From positions 73,346,001-73,410,000 of the forward strand of contig NC_059427.1 of NCBI RefSeq assembly GCF_021028975.2: DNA of 64,000 bases. The letters run 5' to 3'. Within the stretch, counting starts at the first letter, position 1. Every line of letters starts with the position of its first letter. The notes beneath the pieces were generated by a model. It saw only the letters and a program-made list of their open reading frames with translations. It was not told the DNA's origin and did not search any database. Source of the DNA: Sphaerodactylus townsendi (lineage: Eukaryota). Positions 27,157 through 40,880 of the stretch are shown piece by piece. The translations under genes were made by a program, and so were the position numbers.

Positions 27157-27720
27157 TGTCAAGCCCTGGACCTGAGACCAAACAAGACTCTGAAACCATC
27201 GGCTCAAAAGACTTTATTGGAAAGCATCAGTGGCTAGCAGATGAAAAGCCAATTCTACATTGTCTTTTCCCAAACCCCAATATATCAACCCCCCAATGCT
27301 CATTCCCCCTCCCATCTTCCCACGCTACCTAACTACAAAGGAAAGCTGTGAAATGGTGAGACCGAACTCCAAGGCCAAAGGAAGAGATAAGCAGCCATCT
27401 GGCCTGGGCACCCCTACTTGTTTCAGCTGCTAGACAGAAAAGAAAGTCACTTTCCATCCAGACTCCTCGCTCCCCCTCCCAGTTGCAGACAGGCTTCCCT
27501 GGTGTCAGGCTCCCACCTGACATTCTGCCCTGCTTTAGGGCTTTTCTCTCCCCTGAGGTCGATTGGGATAAGCACAATGAAATGTTTTCACTGGGCGGGG
27601 TGCATTAACACGTTAAACCCAGCTGGTTGGTTAGTCTGGGAAACCAAGTACTGCAACTCCTTGCAGCGCAAACGAGAGTCCACAATGATATCGACTTCCT
27701 GGTGCCAGCCATCCTGACAC
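27157..27720 (-). mobile_element. Gypsy chromovirus (Sushi-like) 3' remnant: integrase chromodomain, PPT and 3' LTR (27157-27522)
   Basis: Minus-strand peptides EVDIIVDSRLRCKELQYLV and VNAPRPVKTFHCAYPNRP resemble chromoviral integrase chromodomains. A purine-rich tract GGGAGAGAAAAG..AAAGCAGGGCAGAA is followed by a TGTCAGG...TTGACA LTR containing AATAAA. Confidence 0.75.
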
Positions 27721-28048
27721 TCAGACTGGGCAGCAATCAGATGTAGGAATGGGGGGACCTTCCAACAACCTATAGCTGAGCCTGGCAGAGTCTTGTTTGG
27801 TCTCAGATCCAGGGCTTGACAGCCACACACACAATTCCCCCTCTGCCAGAGCTCCACAGACTCTGAATCATGGGTGGCAGCTCACGCAACAGTTGCCATG
27901 AGTTGGGATACAAGAAGGCACGATGACAGGAAATTAATTTTCCCAAGGTCTTTAGATTTGCTTTAGCTCAGAAGCATGGCATGGAAGGGGGGTTATCCAT
28001 ATTGAACCCCCATATGCCTGGTAATTGAAAGTCAAAGACAGTCTGGGA

Positions 28049-28144
28049 CAGGGGGGTCCAACTCTGGCACTTCAGATGTTAATGGACGACAATTCCTATC
28101 AGCCCCTGCTGGCATGGCCAATTGGCCAGAGTTGGGCACCCCTG
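28049..28144. mobile_element. hAT (Charlie-like) MITE
   Basis: CAGGGG...CCCCTG TIRs and 8-bp TSD GTCTGGGA/GTCTAGGA. Related to 33502-33628. Confidence 0.7.
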
Positions 28145-31100
28145 GTCTAGGAGCTCTGGACACTGAACTCCCGTCATCTGGTTTGGTCTTGAGGTAGGGT
28201 TGCCAGGCTCACCTCCCCACGCCGCCCGGCCACTGGCAGGGGAAGGGAGGTAACACTGTCAGATCCAGACAGGGAAACTCGTGAAGATTTGGGGATGGAG
28301 CCTGGGGAGGACGAGGACCTCAGTGGGTGCCACAGAGACTCACTTCCAAAGGAACTAATCTCGGTAGTCTAGCAATGAGCTGTAATTCTGGGGGATCCCC
28401 AGGTCCCACCTGGATACTGGCATGCCTACCTTCAGGGACGCGGGATACAGGCAGGAGAAATAAAAGAACTAGACCAAAATGGGAAAAATCGAAGTGGAAC
28501 ACAACAACGTCAGCAGGAATAAAATGGGCAGGCAAAGTAGTGTTCGGGAGTTTGTATGCAGGGAATCTGCCAGCTGCAACTTTGACTGTCACTGCAGCAT
28601 TGTGACCTGTCAACCCTAGCAGAGGCTACATGGGCCAAAAAAAAAAAAGGAGAGAGGAGAGGCTGACCATACCATTACCTGGGCTAGTCATCTAGGGCAT
28701 ATCTGTGATTTGAAAGAACCACAAATTGAATTGTCTAGTTTAGAGACCCTTTCTAGTCACCTGGAGGACTTCCTTAGCACAGTTGACCAGGAGTGGGATG
28801 GTCTACCAACCTCCTGTATTTACTTCATCACCCCACCTTTTCCCACAATGGAAACCCAAAGTATTTCTTGCCTCCCTGTCCTCCACAGCAATCTGTGACA
28901 TATCCTGTGACGTAGGTAAGGCAGAGAGAGTATGACTGGCACAGCAAGCTTCCACAGCATTCCCAGTTCCTAGCCTAACACCCTAGCCACTATACCATAC
29001 TAACGCTCTTTGAATGTTTACACCCTATATTTCCGCAAGGTGGTCTGAAATCCTTGGGGAGGGGAAGGCTACAACCAGAATAAAAGCAGTCAACAATAAA
29101 AATCCAATTTTTTAGATAAAAACCCATTGAAGTTAGTTACTATGGAGCCCTCAAGGGGGATGGGCTTATCTGGGCACTCCAGTGATACTAGTGATGGTGC
29201 TTAGCAAATCTGCCTGGGGAAGGATTCCAAAGCTGGGATACCCCTACAGAAATGGGCCTCATTACAGCAGCTTCCCTTCCTGCGCCTGAAGGCACACGGA
29301 GAAGATCTTCATCCTCCAACAGGTTTGTATGGAAGAAGGTGGTCCTTCAGATCCAGGCACACGAGCCTCAGCTTTTACCACGGTGGCATCAGTTTGTCAA
29401 CTTCTATTTTAAATGTGCCATTGTATGTTTTTGATGGCCGTGTGTTCTCCTGATGTGCCGCTGAAGTGCTGCTGTGCTCATCCAGCGCTCTTTTTTCCCC
29501 CTAAGTAAAAACATTCAGAAGGAAGAATGTTCCCCCCTTGGGCCCCTCCTCCTTTCACTGCCATTTCAGGAACCGTTTCACAAAGCTATTTTTTTTCCTA
29601 GCCTCCTTGCTGCCTGTTCAGTCCCCTGCTGTGCCAAGCCGGCTCGGGAGTGCTCCTTAACAGAAACAAGAGGCAAACTGCGGCAAGAATACTGCCCTGA
29701 TCTATTGTGTGGGGATGATTTATCATGCAACGGGTGCTGGATCAGCGTTGATGCAAAAATGTAGTGCACGGGATAAGCCTCCTTCCGTGTTCTGGGAAGG
29801 CTCTGGGTTTTCATAGTGCAACAGAAGTGTTACCACCCCAATCCTTTTCACTCACAAGATCCGAACCTCCAGATAGTTTCCTGGTATCCTAATGAATTCA
29901 ATAGTTCAGTGACTAGCAGTATTATCCTAAGAACTCTTTCCTGGGAGTAAGCACCATTAAACAGACCAGAGTAGGATTCTGCATGAGCAACACTGAGCAG
30001 GTCTTCACAGAATCTGACTCAGGTCTACTCAAGGGGGATGATTTTCAGGAAAGTGTTCTTAGGACTGCCCTGAAGCAGTACCTGTCTCTGTAATTGCAGT
30101 CCTAATCACAGTTACTCTCTTGCAAATCTGCTGACTTCAATACAGACTTGGAAAAGTGCAACTGTCTTTAGGATCCCACTGCAATTAACCAACCAGTCCC
30201 ACTTATGGCTGGCTACACAGACCCAGAGGTTTAGGATATGAATTTTCCAAGCAACAGTGCTTGATTTCAGGGTGACCATTACATTCTGAGCAAAGTAGAA
30301 TATGGGTCAAACTCTGGGCTTGTGTCACCACACACACTTTTTAAAATGTTACCCATGACCTGGGCATGGATCTTGGCACCTACAGTCGCTACATATATCA
30401 TATAGTTCTCACTCTGGCTTATTTCTCACATATGTATATAGCCTATACAAAAACCCTTTAAGGCAGAAGGTAGGGAGGTGCAAAAGGATTAAGTGGATCC
30501 TGAGAGCTCAGGTGGATTCTTCATATGCCTTTTTGACAGGAAAAGAGAATCATGGCACTAGGGTGGTGGGGTATGGTCTTTGTCATCTGTTGGGGTTTTT
30601 TAGGGCAGTTCCAAACTAGGACAACATTGTGTAGAGCATCCAAATGAAATAGATCTCATAAATGAAGCATAATTTGCATAATTTATTCCCATTAAAGAAT
30701 TTAGTACAAAATTAGGGAACCCCTAGGTGATAATACTCCACTGAATTTGTAGCTGACAATGCTTCATTTTATCAAGGCTAGATTTTCTTACCGCCTGGTA
30801 CATATGCAGTAAATAATTTCTGCAACATGATTCCTCACATTTATTGGGGAGTGGGATCGCCCTTAAAACCCCTTCCTTATTCCATCCTAGGCAGCCCTGA
30901 ACCCCATGGAATTGACAAGCAGAATGAAGTCTGAGACGTATGAGCCTAACGTTTGAGCTCTACTGCACCTGGTAGGACTTCCCCCAGAATTCAGTGAATG
31001 GTTCAGTTCCTGGCATGTAAGCAGTTCCCTACAACCCAGCAACACAGATCAATCCCTGTAGTATGTTTTTAGACTGACCTTCCTCCAGATATCTCAGGGT

Positions 31101-31404
31101 AGCCCACATGGCTCTCCCTTCCTCACCATATCACAATGTATTTATGAGGTAGGTTAGGTTAAGAGAGAGGGACTGGTCCAAGGCCACCCAGCAAGTTTCC
31201 CTGAACAGAAAGGATATCACCTCCCTGGTTCTAGTCCAGCATCCTAACCACTATGCTACAGGATCTAGTGAATAGTTCTTCCACTCAGAGACTTGTAATA
31301 CCCCTGTGCATCTAAGACCCTATTGTATCCCATTTATTGCACACAGATTCATCCAAAAGGAGCCTCTTCATGTATGTTCTGTCAGTTCATATGCTCATTG
31401 TTGC

Positions 31405-31665
31405 TTATAACAACTTTAGGCCCAATTTCTCTGCCTTTACCTCGGCTGGGTTCTTGGATCTCTCTACCAATGCAAAGATGATTCTTCTGCTCAACAGTCC
31501 CAAGGCTGAAATAATGGAAATCGTAGCCAAATTTTTGCTGCACACTTTGAACGAGGTTCCCTTGGCTCCTGTTTGCACTATTTTCACTGTTCTCGATTGG
31601 ATTTACTCTTTTCTTTTTCTTTTTATCCCCATGCTATACATGCCTAATAAAGGTATCTGAACGTA
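31405..31665 (+). mobile_element. Short 5'-truncated non-LTR retroposon 3' end (possibly RTE-X-like)
   Basis: 11-bp TSD CTCATTGTTGC (31394-31404, 31666-31676), AATAAAGG near the 3' end, ORF tail ...LLLNSPKAEIMEIVAKFLL. Confidence 0.6.
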
Positions 31666-32429
31666 CTCATTGTTGCATATATATGCCCACCACTCCTATC
31701 CACACACATGTTAAGGTCAAGCCAATACACATATACATGTTAAGGTCCAAAACATGTGCCCCAAGATTAACCTGGTGAAAGATAAACACGGCCTAAGGTT
31801 ATCCCAGCAGCAATACCACTAAGGTTGGGGGTTCCCCTGGAGCTGGAGTGCATATGAAGCATCCCTTCCCCTGCTATGCCACTAGCAAACTGGTCTGACA
31901 GTATCCGTCCCCATGAGGCTGGTGAGGGAAGTCTCTTGAGGCAGGCCCCCACCTGATGGCACTAATTAGTCCTCAACCCACTTAATTGCCCACTGTTCCT
32001 GTAATTATCATCGTGTTTCTCTTGAGGAGCACAACAGGAGGTTGGGGGCTGCCTTGATTTTGTGTGTCCCTGTCGGCTCATTATTTTCCCAACCCCTTTA
32101 ATAGATGGGGATGTGGCTGGGGGTGGGATAAGGGGGGAGCCCACGGAGGCAGAAGCTGGGAGCAAAGCAAATCCCTTCCTTATGCCAGGTTGCAGCAACA
32201 TAAAGGAGCTGCCGTCTTTCATTACCCCAATGGTCGTAATAGTGAACCAGTCCTTTTGTATTACTCAGTGCCAGTGTGGAAATGAACACGTGGTGCACCC
32301 ATGTACAACCCTGCTCCTTCTTCCACAGAGAAGTTTGTTATCTGCATGGTTTTTGCGGGGGAAGGAGGAAAGTTAAATTGGTCAGTGGCCAAGAGGCCAT
32401 TTAAGTAGTCCAGCGGAACATTACACAGG

Positions 32430-32713
32430 TTAAAAGATAACGTTTCCCCTTCAGTCGTGTCTGACCCTGGGGTACCACTGCAAGCAGTGATTTTATAGGC
32501 AAGCCGTTTTTGTGGGGTAATTTGCCATTGCTTTCCCTGGCTATTCTTTACCCCCTAGCTATGAGCTAGGTACTCATTTACTGACCAAGAAATGGATGGA
32601 TGGCTGAATTGACCATGAGCCAACTGCTAGGATATTTGACCCACAAGGGGCTCAAACTCCAGACCGTGTGAGTGGCAGTGCAAGCACTTAACCACTACAG
32701 CATACGGCTCTCT
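32430..32713 (-). mobile_element. tRNA-derived SINE, Sauria/Squam1-like
   Basis: 10-bp TSD ATTACACAGG, A-box-like GTAGTGGTTAAG head on the minus strand, and TACTCATTTACTGACC...GGATGG..GGCTGA body motif. Confidence 0.65.
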
Positions 32714-33501
32714 ATTACACAGGAGTAACTTTGATATTGACATTCAGGACAGTAACCTTAATGAAAAAAATTAATCCTAACGTTATTGTCTCTCATGGGG
32801 TTGCCAAGTCTGGGTGGGAAATTTTGAGATGTTGGGAGTGGAGCTTGAGGAGGGCAGGGTTTGGGTTGTAGAAGGACCTCAGCAGTTATAATGCCATAGA
32901 GTCTACCTTCCAAAGTAGCATTTTCTCCAGCAGAACTGATCTCTGTAATCTAGAGATCATTTGTAATTTTGGGAGATTTCCAGGCCTCACCTGCTGGTTG
33001 GCAATCCATTTTGTCCTGGGGGTTGGCCTGGAGTCCAGTCCTGCCAATCACCCACCACTCAAGCAGATTATTCAACCACCTTCTTTGCCTCAGATGCAAT
33101 CCAATCATTCCTAATGTAGAAATGGGATAGAATTACCCACTTTCCTGGGAAATGGCCTGTTGTGCTTCTGTGTGAATTACTACTCCTTCCAATCAGATGG
33201 CACAAGCAAAACACAGAAATCTGGGAATTCCATCCACTTCTATGGACAGACAATTCTTAGACAGTGTACAAGTATACCTTTCTGCTTGTTAGGGTAGAAT
33301 GTCTCCAGTATTAACTCAGGAAAAGAAATGAATCCTAGTGAATCATTTTTTTTGAAAAATATCTTAGTATTCCTGGTCAGCCACTTTCTGTAAGCCTCAC
33401 AGGGTTGTTGTGAGGATAAACCAAGGAAGTAAAAACTGTGGCACCCTGCTCTGGGCTCTGTGGGGGAAGGGTGAGCTAGAAATGTATGTGATAGTCTAGA
33501 G

Positions 33502-33628
33502 CAGGGGTGGCCAACCTATGGTGCTCCAGATGTTCATGGACAACAATTCCCATCTGCCCCTGCCAGGATGGGGCAGATGGGAATTGTAGTCTGTGAACAT
33601 CTGGAGCACCATAGGTTGGCCACCCCTG
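33502..33628. mobile_element. Palindromic hAT (Charlie-like) MITE, 127 bp
   Basis: Near-perfect hairpin CAGGGGTGGCCAACCTATGGTGCTCCAGATGTTCA...TGAACATCTGGAGCACCATAGGTTGGCCACCCCTG with TSD GTCTAGAG/CTCTAGAG. Confidence 0.85.
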
Positions 33629-35050
33629 CTCTAGAGAGTATTCACACAGCACTCTTAGAGTGTTTGTAATTCTGGCAATCCTTACAACCACCCCGTGAGT
33701 CCATATTACTATTCCCATATTACACAGGATGGAGCTGATGCTGCCAAGTGAGTTCAGGAGACAGGGAAATGAAAACAGCATCCTATATATGAAGGCAGGC
33801 TTACTCCAGCACAGTTGCCTTGATGAATCCCAAGCAATATATGCTGGAATAGTGCATACCCTGGGCTTCCCAGTACTAAAAGGCTGGAATCCTCAAGGGT
33901 GATCCACACACTAGGGGGGAAGGACAGTTCAGATTGCCGTCAGGACACCTTCTTGCCTTGGCTGCCCCATTCACCTGCTTCAGAATTGTCATGGAAACAG
34001 GCTCAATGCTTTTGAAGTCACCTAGGTGATGGATCAGAGCTGTATTTCCCAAACAAGAGACAGAAAATGGGAGTAGGGGCAGGGTTTGCCGGAGGGCAAG
34101 GTTTGAGCCAGTTGGAAGGGAGAAAGCAGCTGGTCAGGATGCAGGCATCACCCCATGGAAAAGATGCCAGCAGCTCCCACCAAGAGCCCACAAGGAGATG
34201 CCTGCAGCTGTCCCCAGATAGTATTTATTAGTATTGAGCTGCAGTATATAACCGTAGGGATGGGGCTGATTGAGCAGCCTGTTATCTCAGCAGCTAAATG
34301 GGTAATTGGGAGCAGGAGACACTATCAGCGGTGATAAATCCCCCAGCAAAGCCAGTGCATTAACCAGGGCTTTAGTATCAATTATCCCTCCCAGCAGTGT
34401 TGAATGGAGAAAGGGATGTCTTTAAGCATTGTAGGGGGTCCCAGCTGCCCCTGCCCCAAAAACCAAGCAAAAGAGAGAGAAGTCAAAATGCAAGAAGAGT
34501 CTCCAAAACTGTGGCGCAGCATTATTGCAACAAGGGGTGAAAGTTAAAGAATGGTCTTGGCTACAAATGAATCATATTTGCTAGGAGTGGAAGAAGCTGG
34601 AAATACACTGGATTTTTGAAAAGTCAAATACACTGTTTACAACAGAAACATAAAAACACATGCCATGATACAAGGAAAGAATGCCTGTGAAATGGGTAAA
34701 ATACCTATCCATCACCAGTGAGTATCCACAGCCAGTTCTCCACTGCAGATCAGAATAGAGAGGACTTCATGGTCAGGAGAGGCTTTTCCGATCAGAAATT
34801 AAACTGTGCTCGCTAAGCCACATAAATGCAACCCAGTCCTCTCAGGGGCTGCAAATATTGTGCAAATTAGACAGTACTGCTGAGTGTCAATTTGCTGTGT
34901 CTTTGCTGCATGTCCAAATATGGGTTTGGAAGTCAAGCTACATCATCAAAGAACTAATCCATAAAGCAACACCAGAGCTCATTTAAGGGTCTTCTCACTC
35001 ACTCTTTTCCTACTTACCAGCACAGTGTTGGTGTATACCCCCTATAAAAA

Positions 35051-35053
<3 letters not shown>

Positions 35054-35135
<82 letters not shown>
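35054..35135. repeat. (CA)n microsatellite, about 40 units
   Basis: Uninterrupted AC run seen directly. Confidence 0.97.
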
Positions 35136-35137
<2 letters not shown>

Positions 35138-35919
35138 TTCTCAAGGAAGAATAGATTAGGCTAACCCATGCCATGCTCCTTGTTTCTCTTTGTAGAGGGG
35201 CAAATTTTAAGTCCAGTAACGCCTAAAAGGTCAACCAGATTTGTGGGGGCAAAAGCTTTCAAGAGTTAAAGCTCCCTTCATCTCACTGTTCTACCGCAGA
35301 CTGACATGAAAGTCATCTGAAACTATGCACAGGAACATAACCCCACTCCTCCTGGGACATAACAGTTACTTTTTTCTTATAATTGTAGATGTAGGAATGT
35401 TTCATCTTACTCTCTAGTTGATCCTGGCTTTTGGATGACACCTATGTACTTGGGTGAAGAAGGAAGCTGGAGAAATCACTTCCAGGTTAGGTTACTTTGA
35501 ACAATGAAATGAATGAAAAGACCAAGACACAGACCAGAAGACCAGGGACAGAAAGAAGCTGTCGGCCACAGTAATGACAAACAGAAAAGCTGTTCAACAG
35601 CACCCCCCAGGACAGTTACTCTAGACAGGCAAGAAACTGAAGAAGCATTAAATACATCTGGTGGTGTTTAGAGGATGTCGTCCCATGTGAACTTTGTGTT
35701 TTTGACCAGGTTGGGTATCTGCTTCTTTCTCTTCTAAACTGGCATAAGTGAGCTCTGTCTTCTTCCTACCACTCTGTCCTGCTGCTAAATTCCTAAGGTG
35801 TCAGGCATGCAGTGGGGGGGGGGGGGGGAAGGAGGGCTAGTGGGGCAGGTGTGGAAAGAAGTGCCAGGAGTAAAATGTGTGTCTTGTCATGGAGCTAGCA
35901 ATAAGGTTTATAGCCAAGA

Positions 35920-36075
35920 TTGCGTGACCTTGGGCTAGTCACAGTTCTTTGGAATTCTCTCAGCCCCATTTTCCTCACAAGGTGGGGAGAGGGAAGAGAA
36001 CGGAGTTTGTAAGCCCCTTTGAGTCTCCTTGCAAGAGATAAAGGGGGTTATAAATCTAAACTCTCCTTCACTTCT
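35920..36075 (+). mobile_element. Squam3-like SINE, 3' portion
   Basis: GTGACCTTGGGCTAGTCACAG...TGTAAGCCCCTTTGAGTCTCC matches the other Squam3-like copies. Confidence 0.7.
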
Positions 36076-38824
36076 AAAAGGTGAGATGCAGCACTCAGAC
36101 TGGGAATCATGTCCTTTGCCTGATAGCATCATGGGACAATCCTCAGTAAAGTTACGGCCTTGAACTCAACGAGCTTAGAAGGCTGTAACTCTGTTTAGGC
36201 TAGCATGGTTAGGCCCAGATTAACAGGAAAGCTAGTTGTGCATTTAAAACAATCACTTACCTATCTTTGGCAAGTGAGGATTTCTTCCAGAAAACATGAC
36301 AAAGAAGCTTTTAGCAAATAAAAAAAATAGTTGGTTTGGGTCACACATACCCTTTATGCTGTTTAAGGGTCATAAATTACTACAATGGCTATGTTTGGTC
36401 AGATAGGCTAGCTGGCTTTTGTGGACTTATTTGGAAGACTGCCCTGCTTACTAGAAAGGAACAGGTGATTTGCATGTGCTCCAAGAGAGCTCATTAATTA
36501 TTCCTCCCATAAGTTCCTGAAGTTTCACTCTGGCACAGATGACAGGTTCGGAAATTCAGCTTAAGAGAAAGTTTGTGGTCAAGTAGAGTATCCATGTAGA
36601 AATATTACCTCGAAAGATCGCAGGAACAAGAATGTGTTGATAACGAATGACAGAGATATATGTGTGTTATAATTCAAAATTTATCAGTGAACAAATCTGC
36701 ATTAGAAAGAGAGATTAAAATCGTTCGGCTAACTCGGAAAACTAATTCCTTTCAGTGAAGCTTACAGGCTGAAAGGGATGTAAGAATGTCACCAAGCCAG
36801 CTCTATCAGACTTCATTCAGATGGGAGAAGGTGGCGTACAAAAGGAAAATGTAACTGAGGAACCAACTTGTCACAGGCTGAGACCCCATTCACACATTAC
36901 ATTGTTTAGGTGTGTACCCAGATGTCGTAAGTGCAAATCTAAAAATGAATATTGTAAATGTAACAAGCACAGGGTTTGCAAATGTAAATATCAGCCAGCT
37001 GCACATATCAAAGGGTCAGGACTGACTGCAGCTCCCCGATGAGCGTAAAGTAAATCAAATTTGTTTTTGCATGTGGTGTGAAATGGCATTGCTGCCACCA
37101 CTTGCCTTTCCTTTTATATAAGAGGCCTTGTAAAACCAACCTTGAGGAATGAGTGCGGGAGTGTTTGTATAACCTGAGGAAAATGTAGGCAACCTTTTCC
37201 TCAGAGTTTGAGAAAATCTTCCTGCTTTCTCTCTCTCCTTCCACCCATCCTCTGGATCACACTCTCACAGGAGTCAGCAATTAACAAGGCTTCAGACAAT
37301 GAGGTCAGAATGCATGAATTTCCCAGATGCGAGCACAATAGACAACAACAGTTCACAAAGGAGAGGCAGACAAACCAAAGACCAATCCTCTGACTAAATA
37401 TATCCTAGCTGGATGCGAAGATGGGCACGAGAGATTTGTGATATAAACAACATTAGACAAAACAGTAGAGGTCAAAGTTCATTCCAAGCTCAGACTATAA
37501 TACTAAGAAAACATTTTATTTTGTAAAGGCAGTATATGCCTCTAGGCTGGTAACATCACTACCCATGCTTTGTCTGCATCCACGCTTGGAACTGGGCCAG
37601 GTGGATATTAAACCCAATTACCTCATGATTTAAAACTTAAATTAATATGTAAATTTTAGGTAAGCGCATTTGCCAAAATGTCACATTTTTTCATAAGTGG
37701 GTATCACAGGGGGAACTGAGGAAACCACAGAAAGGGCAGAGATGGGCTCGTTTTCCCAATAAAGCTTGTAAAGATCCTTCACAGTGCTTAGAGTTTAGGT
37801 AGCCATGCTGGTGCATAAAAACATCCCCCAAACAACAGTTGTTGAATGCCTTTGTTTTAGGACAAACTGAACTATCATGGGAGCAGCACACGTTGAGTTT
37901 CTCATAGCTCTTCATCAGGCTAGACATGCAATGCAACCACCACCCCTCCAAAAGTGGGGGAATTTAGGGCATGATGGAAAAGAGGCTTCTCCAAATAGAT
38001 CTTTGCCTCCCTCTCTCCCTTTTTTTGTACTGAAATCCATCCAGATGAAGAATTCCGGAGCACAAGAATGCTTGCTATTTTGTGATATTTCGATTGGTCC
38101 TAATAAAAAGGCCTCCCACAACTGTCTGTCACTCTTGGAATTCATTCGAGCTGGGGATTGCTCTTCCCTCTGCAATTGATGGCACTAGTTCATCTTACAC
38201 ATTCCATTGCAGTGAGGCTCAATTAACATGCAAATTTGGGGAAAGCGCATCTCCTAAACTTCATCTCCATGGTATAAATTCATCACCTTTGGAGCCAGCT
38301 CTGGTTACCAGACAACAAAATTGCTTTAGCCTAGCTATACAAATATATGGTTCTTTTAGACAAGAGGATGACTATAAAATACAACAATAATCATACAGCC
38401 AATCCATCTTAATGCTAGCTTATCTTGACAGGATCCTTCTGCCAGGAAAAAGGAGAGCCTTATTTAATTTTTTTATTGAAGTGCCCATTGTTTCAGCCTC
38501 CATTAATAGCAGGCCTGTCTTTTATAGCAAAACCACAACAATCTTTTACAAAATCTTCAAATAGTAAGGCCCAGAACATTTTTACCACAATTTAACCACA
38601 GCTAGCCTGGCTAGATTCCCAAATAACATGCATACGTCCTTCTAGGATACCTCTTGTCTATGCTTCACCTTTCACACTTGCACTGCCTGTGTGCCCTGTC
38701 CTGTCACTCTTACCCTGAAAACTTCAGCCATTTTGAGCAGTCTTCCATTTTGTATTCCACTTTTGTCAATTTAATTTAACTGCATTATCTCAAATGCCAG
38801 GGATTGAAATACATAGCTCAACAG

Positions 38825-39466
38825 CATAGGCGAGGCGGAGTGGGGATAGGCGCCCCAGGTGGGCACTGTTGGGGTCATGGGAAATCAACCCCCACACCTC
38901 TTCTCCTTCCCCCCTCACCCCACCCCACCCCACCAGGGCCAGCAGAGGCTGCTGTGCACACCCCTGCGAATGTCCAGCCAGGGGAGACTTGGCCAGGTTG
39001 GTTCCCACCGGCTCCTGTCTGGCACCCTGACCACCCTCCCTCATCTTCTAGGGAGACCCTGCACCCAGGAGGCTGCCCAGGTGCCCTGCTGTTGTCTCCT
39101 GACTGGGAGAAGCTGACCAACACCCCGTTGGAGGTTGCAAAGCCTGGAGGGGGCTCCTGCTTCCAGCACCAACTCACCTGCCACACTTCGCTCAGGGGGG
39201 GAAATAGTAATCATCCAGGAGCGTGGAAACTGCAGTGGAAGTGAAACTGACCCGTTTCTGCTGAAGGAGGAGTTTTGCTGTCTCTCCCTTGTCCTCATGG
39301 CTTCCTCGTCCAAGAAGAACCTGCCATGGCCTCTCTTTGGGAGAAAGAGAGGGGAGAAGGTGGACCTTAGCTGGCGGCTAAGGTAAGTGGGGCGGGGGGG
39401 CACAGGGAGCCCATGGGAGGATGGAAAACTCTGCCCCAGACTCCATTTCCCCTAGCTACACCCCTG
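38825..39466. mobile_element. Non-autonomous hAT-type element
   Basis: Termini CATAGGCG...CCTAGCTACACCCCTG. TSD CTCAACAG/CTCGACGG, with differences consistent with CpG decay. The right end matches the module at 51451 and ~55347. Confidence 0.6.
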
Positions 39467-40179
39467 CTCGACGGCAGGTATAACATGGATAAATGAATGG
39501 CAATAGTGGATCCAAGAGCTGCCAAAGATCATCTTCAATACTAACATTCTTTCTCTGATGCCCCAAATTCCTCAGCTGGCCATGTAGGCACAGGGATTTT
39601 GTACTTTGCCATCTGTACTTATGTCCTGACCTGGATAGGCCCAGGCTAGCCTGATTTCTTAGGTCATTCATGCATGCACTTCTCAACCCGTGGCTGTTTG
39701 CTTTGCAGTAGGGTTCTCCTGTGGGTTTTTTTGTTTACACAGAGATTTCCCCCTTGAGAAGTATCCCTAGCTGAGCTAATCTACCATTTTGCCTACCCCT
39801 TGCCCCCTTGTTGTTTCTGTGCAAACCTCCATTTTGGGTTGCCTGCCACCTTTTTTCCCTGCCACCTTTGGTCTAACATTAGTTTGCTAGACTGCATCAA
39901 TTTCTTGTCAGTTTCACTGGGTATATCACATTTTTTAAAAGCTCTTCTGAATCTTCTGAAATGGTGACTCCAAGAGAGGAGAGAACTGCTGTGGCATGGG
40001 GGGGGGGGAAGCAGGGAGAAGTGAGAAAACTTGAAGAAACTAAATGCACACTGATCTCCTTCACCATCCCTGCAAAGGGAGAGGAAAAGTTGCACTTTTA
40101 GAACTTTCAGAAACCATGGGGATTCTTCAATCTGAAGGTGGAGTGCCTGCCTAAGTGTGGGGAACATGTGTGTAACTGA

Positions 40180-40716
40180 GGTCCATTCTGCACGGGCCAA
40201 AAACAGCGCCCCAGGCATGGTAAAAACCCATTCCTGGAGCACTATTTGCATAGCTGCCTCCTCCAAAATGAGGCAGCACTGTGCTTTTCCTCCACAACCG
40301 GCGGCAAAATGCTGTTTTCGAGTTTTTTGAGTGAGGTTTTTCGAAAACACCGCTGTGCAACTGGTGCAGTGCGAATGGCACCGGTATGCCTTTGGACGGA
40401 GGTGCCTCCATTTTGTTTGTCAACTTACCTTCCCTTCCCACGCAGCTCCACAGGGACGAGGGGACACGCCTCCTGGCCTTCGACTCCTGAAGTGTTGCCA
40501 TGGGCACAGGGGCATGTCCCCTAATCCCTGCAGAGCTGTGCAGGGAAGGGAAAGTAAGTTGACAAACAAAACAGAGACACCTCCGTACAAAGGCGCCTCC
40601 GCAGGCTGCAGGCACTCTGGAGCCACCTGCATAGAAGTGTGTGAACAGTCCCAGGGCTCCACTGGTATCATTTACACTGGTGTGCAGCCGCTTCTAGGGC
40701 CCATGTGGAACAGGCC
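40180..40716. mobile_element. Palindromic MITE, PIF/Harbinger-like
   Basis: Termini GGTCCATTCTGCAC / GTGGAACAGGCC, 3-bp TGA flanks, strong internal inverted repeat (~40395-40440 vs ~40545-40587). Confidence 0.6.
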
Positions 40717-40774
40717 TGAGAATCAAACCCAAAGGGAACGTACGCTCAATGTGAAGGAGACCACAAGTGCATAA

Positions 40775-40880
40775 ATAGCTTCAGTCTTTGAAGCTAAGTG
40801 GGGTCTGCCCTAGCTAGTATTTGGATGGGAGACCTCCAAGGAATATCAGGACTAGGAGGCAGAAAATAACAAACCACCTC
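40775..40880 (+). mobile_element. 5S rRNA-derived SINE, partial
   Basis: GAAGCTAAG...CTAGTATTTGGATGGGAGACC...GGAATA matches 5S rRNA boxes A/C. Confidence 0.7.

Noticed and set aside
39297-39390. Plus-strand ATG ORF ending at a perfect AG|GTAAGT donor
   Set aside because: Lies inside the hAT-type element 38825-39466; no partner exon found.
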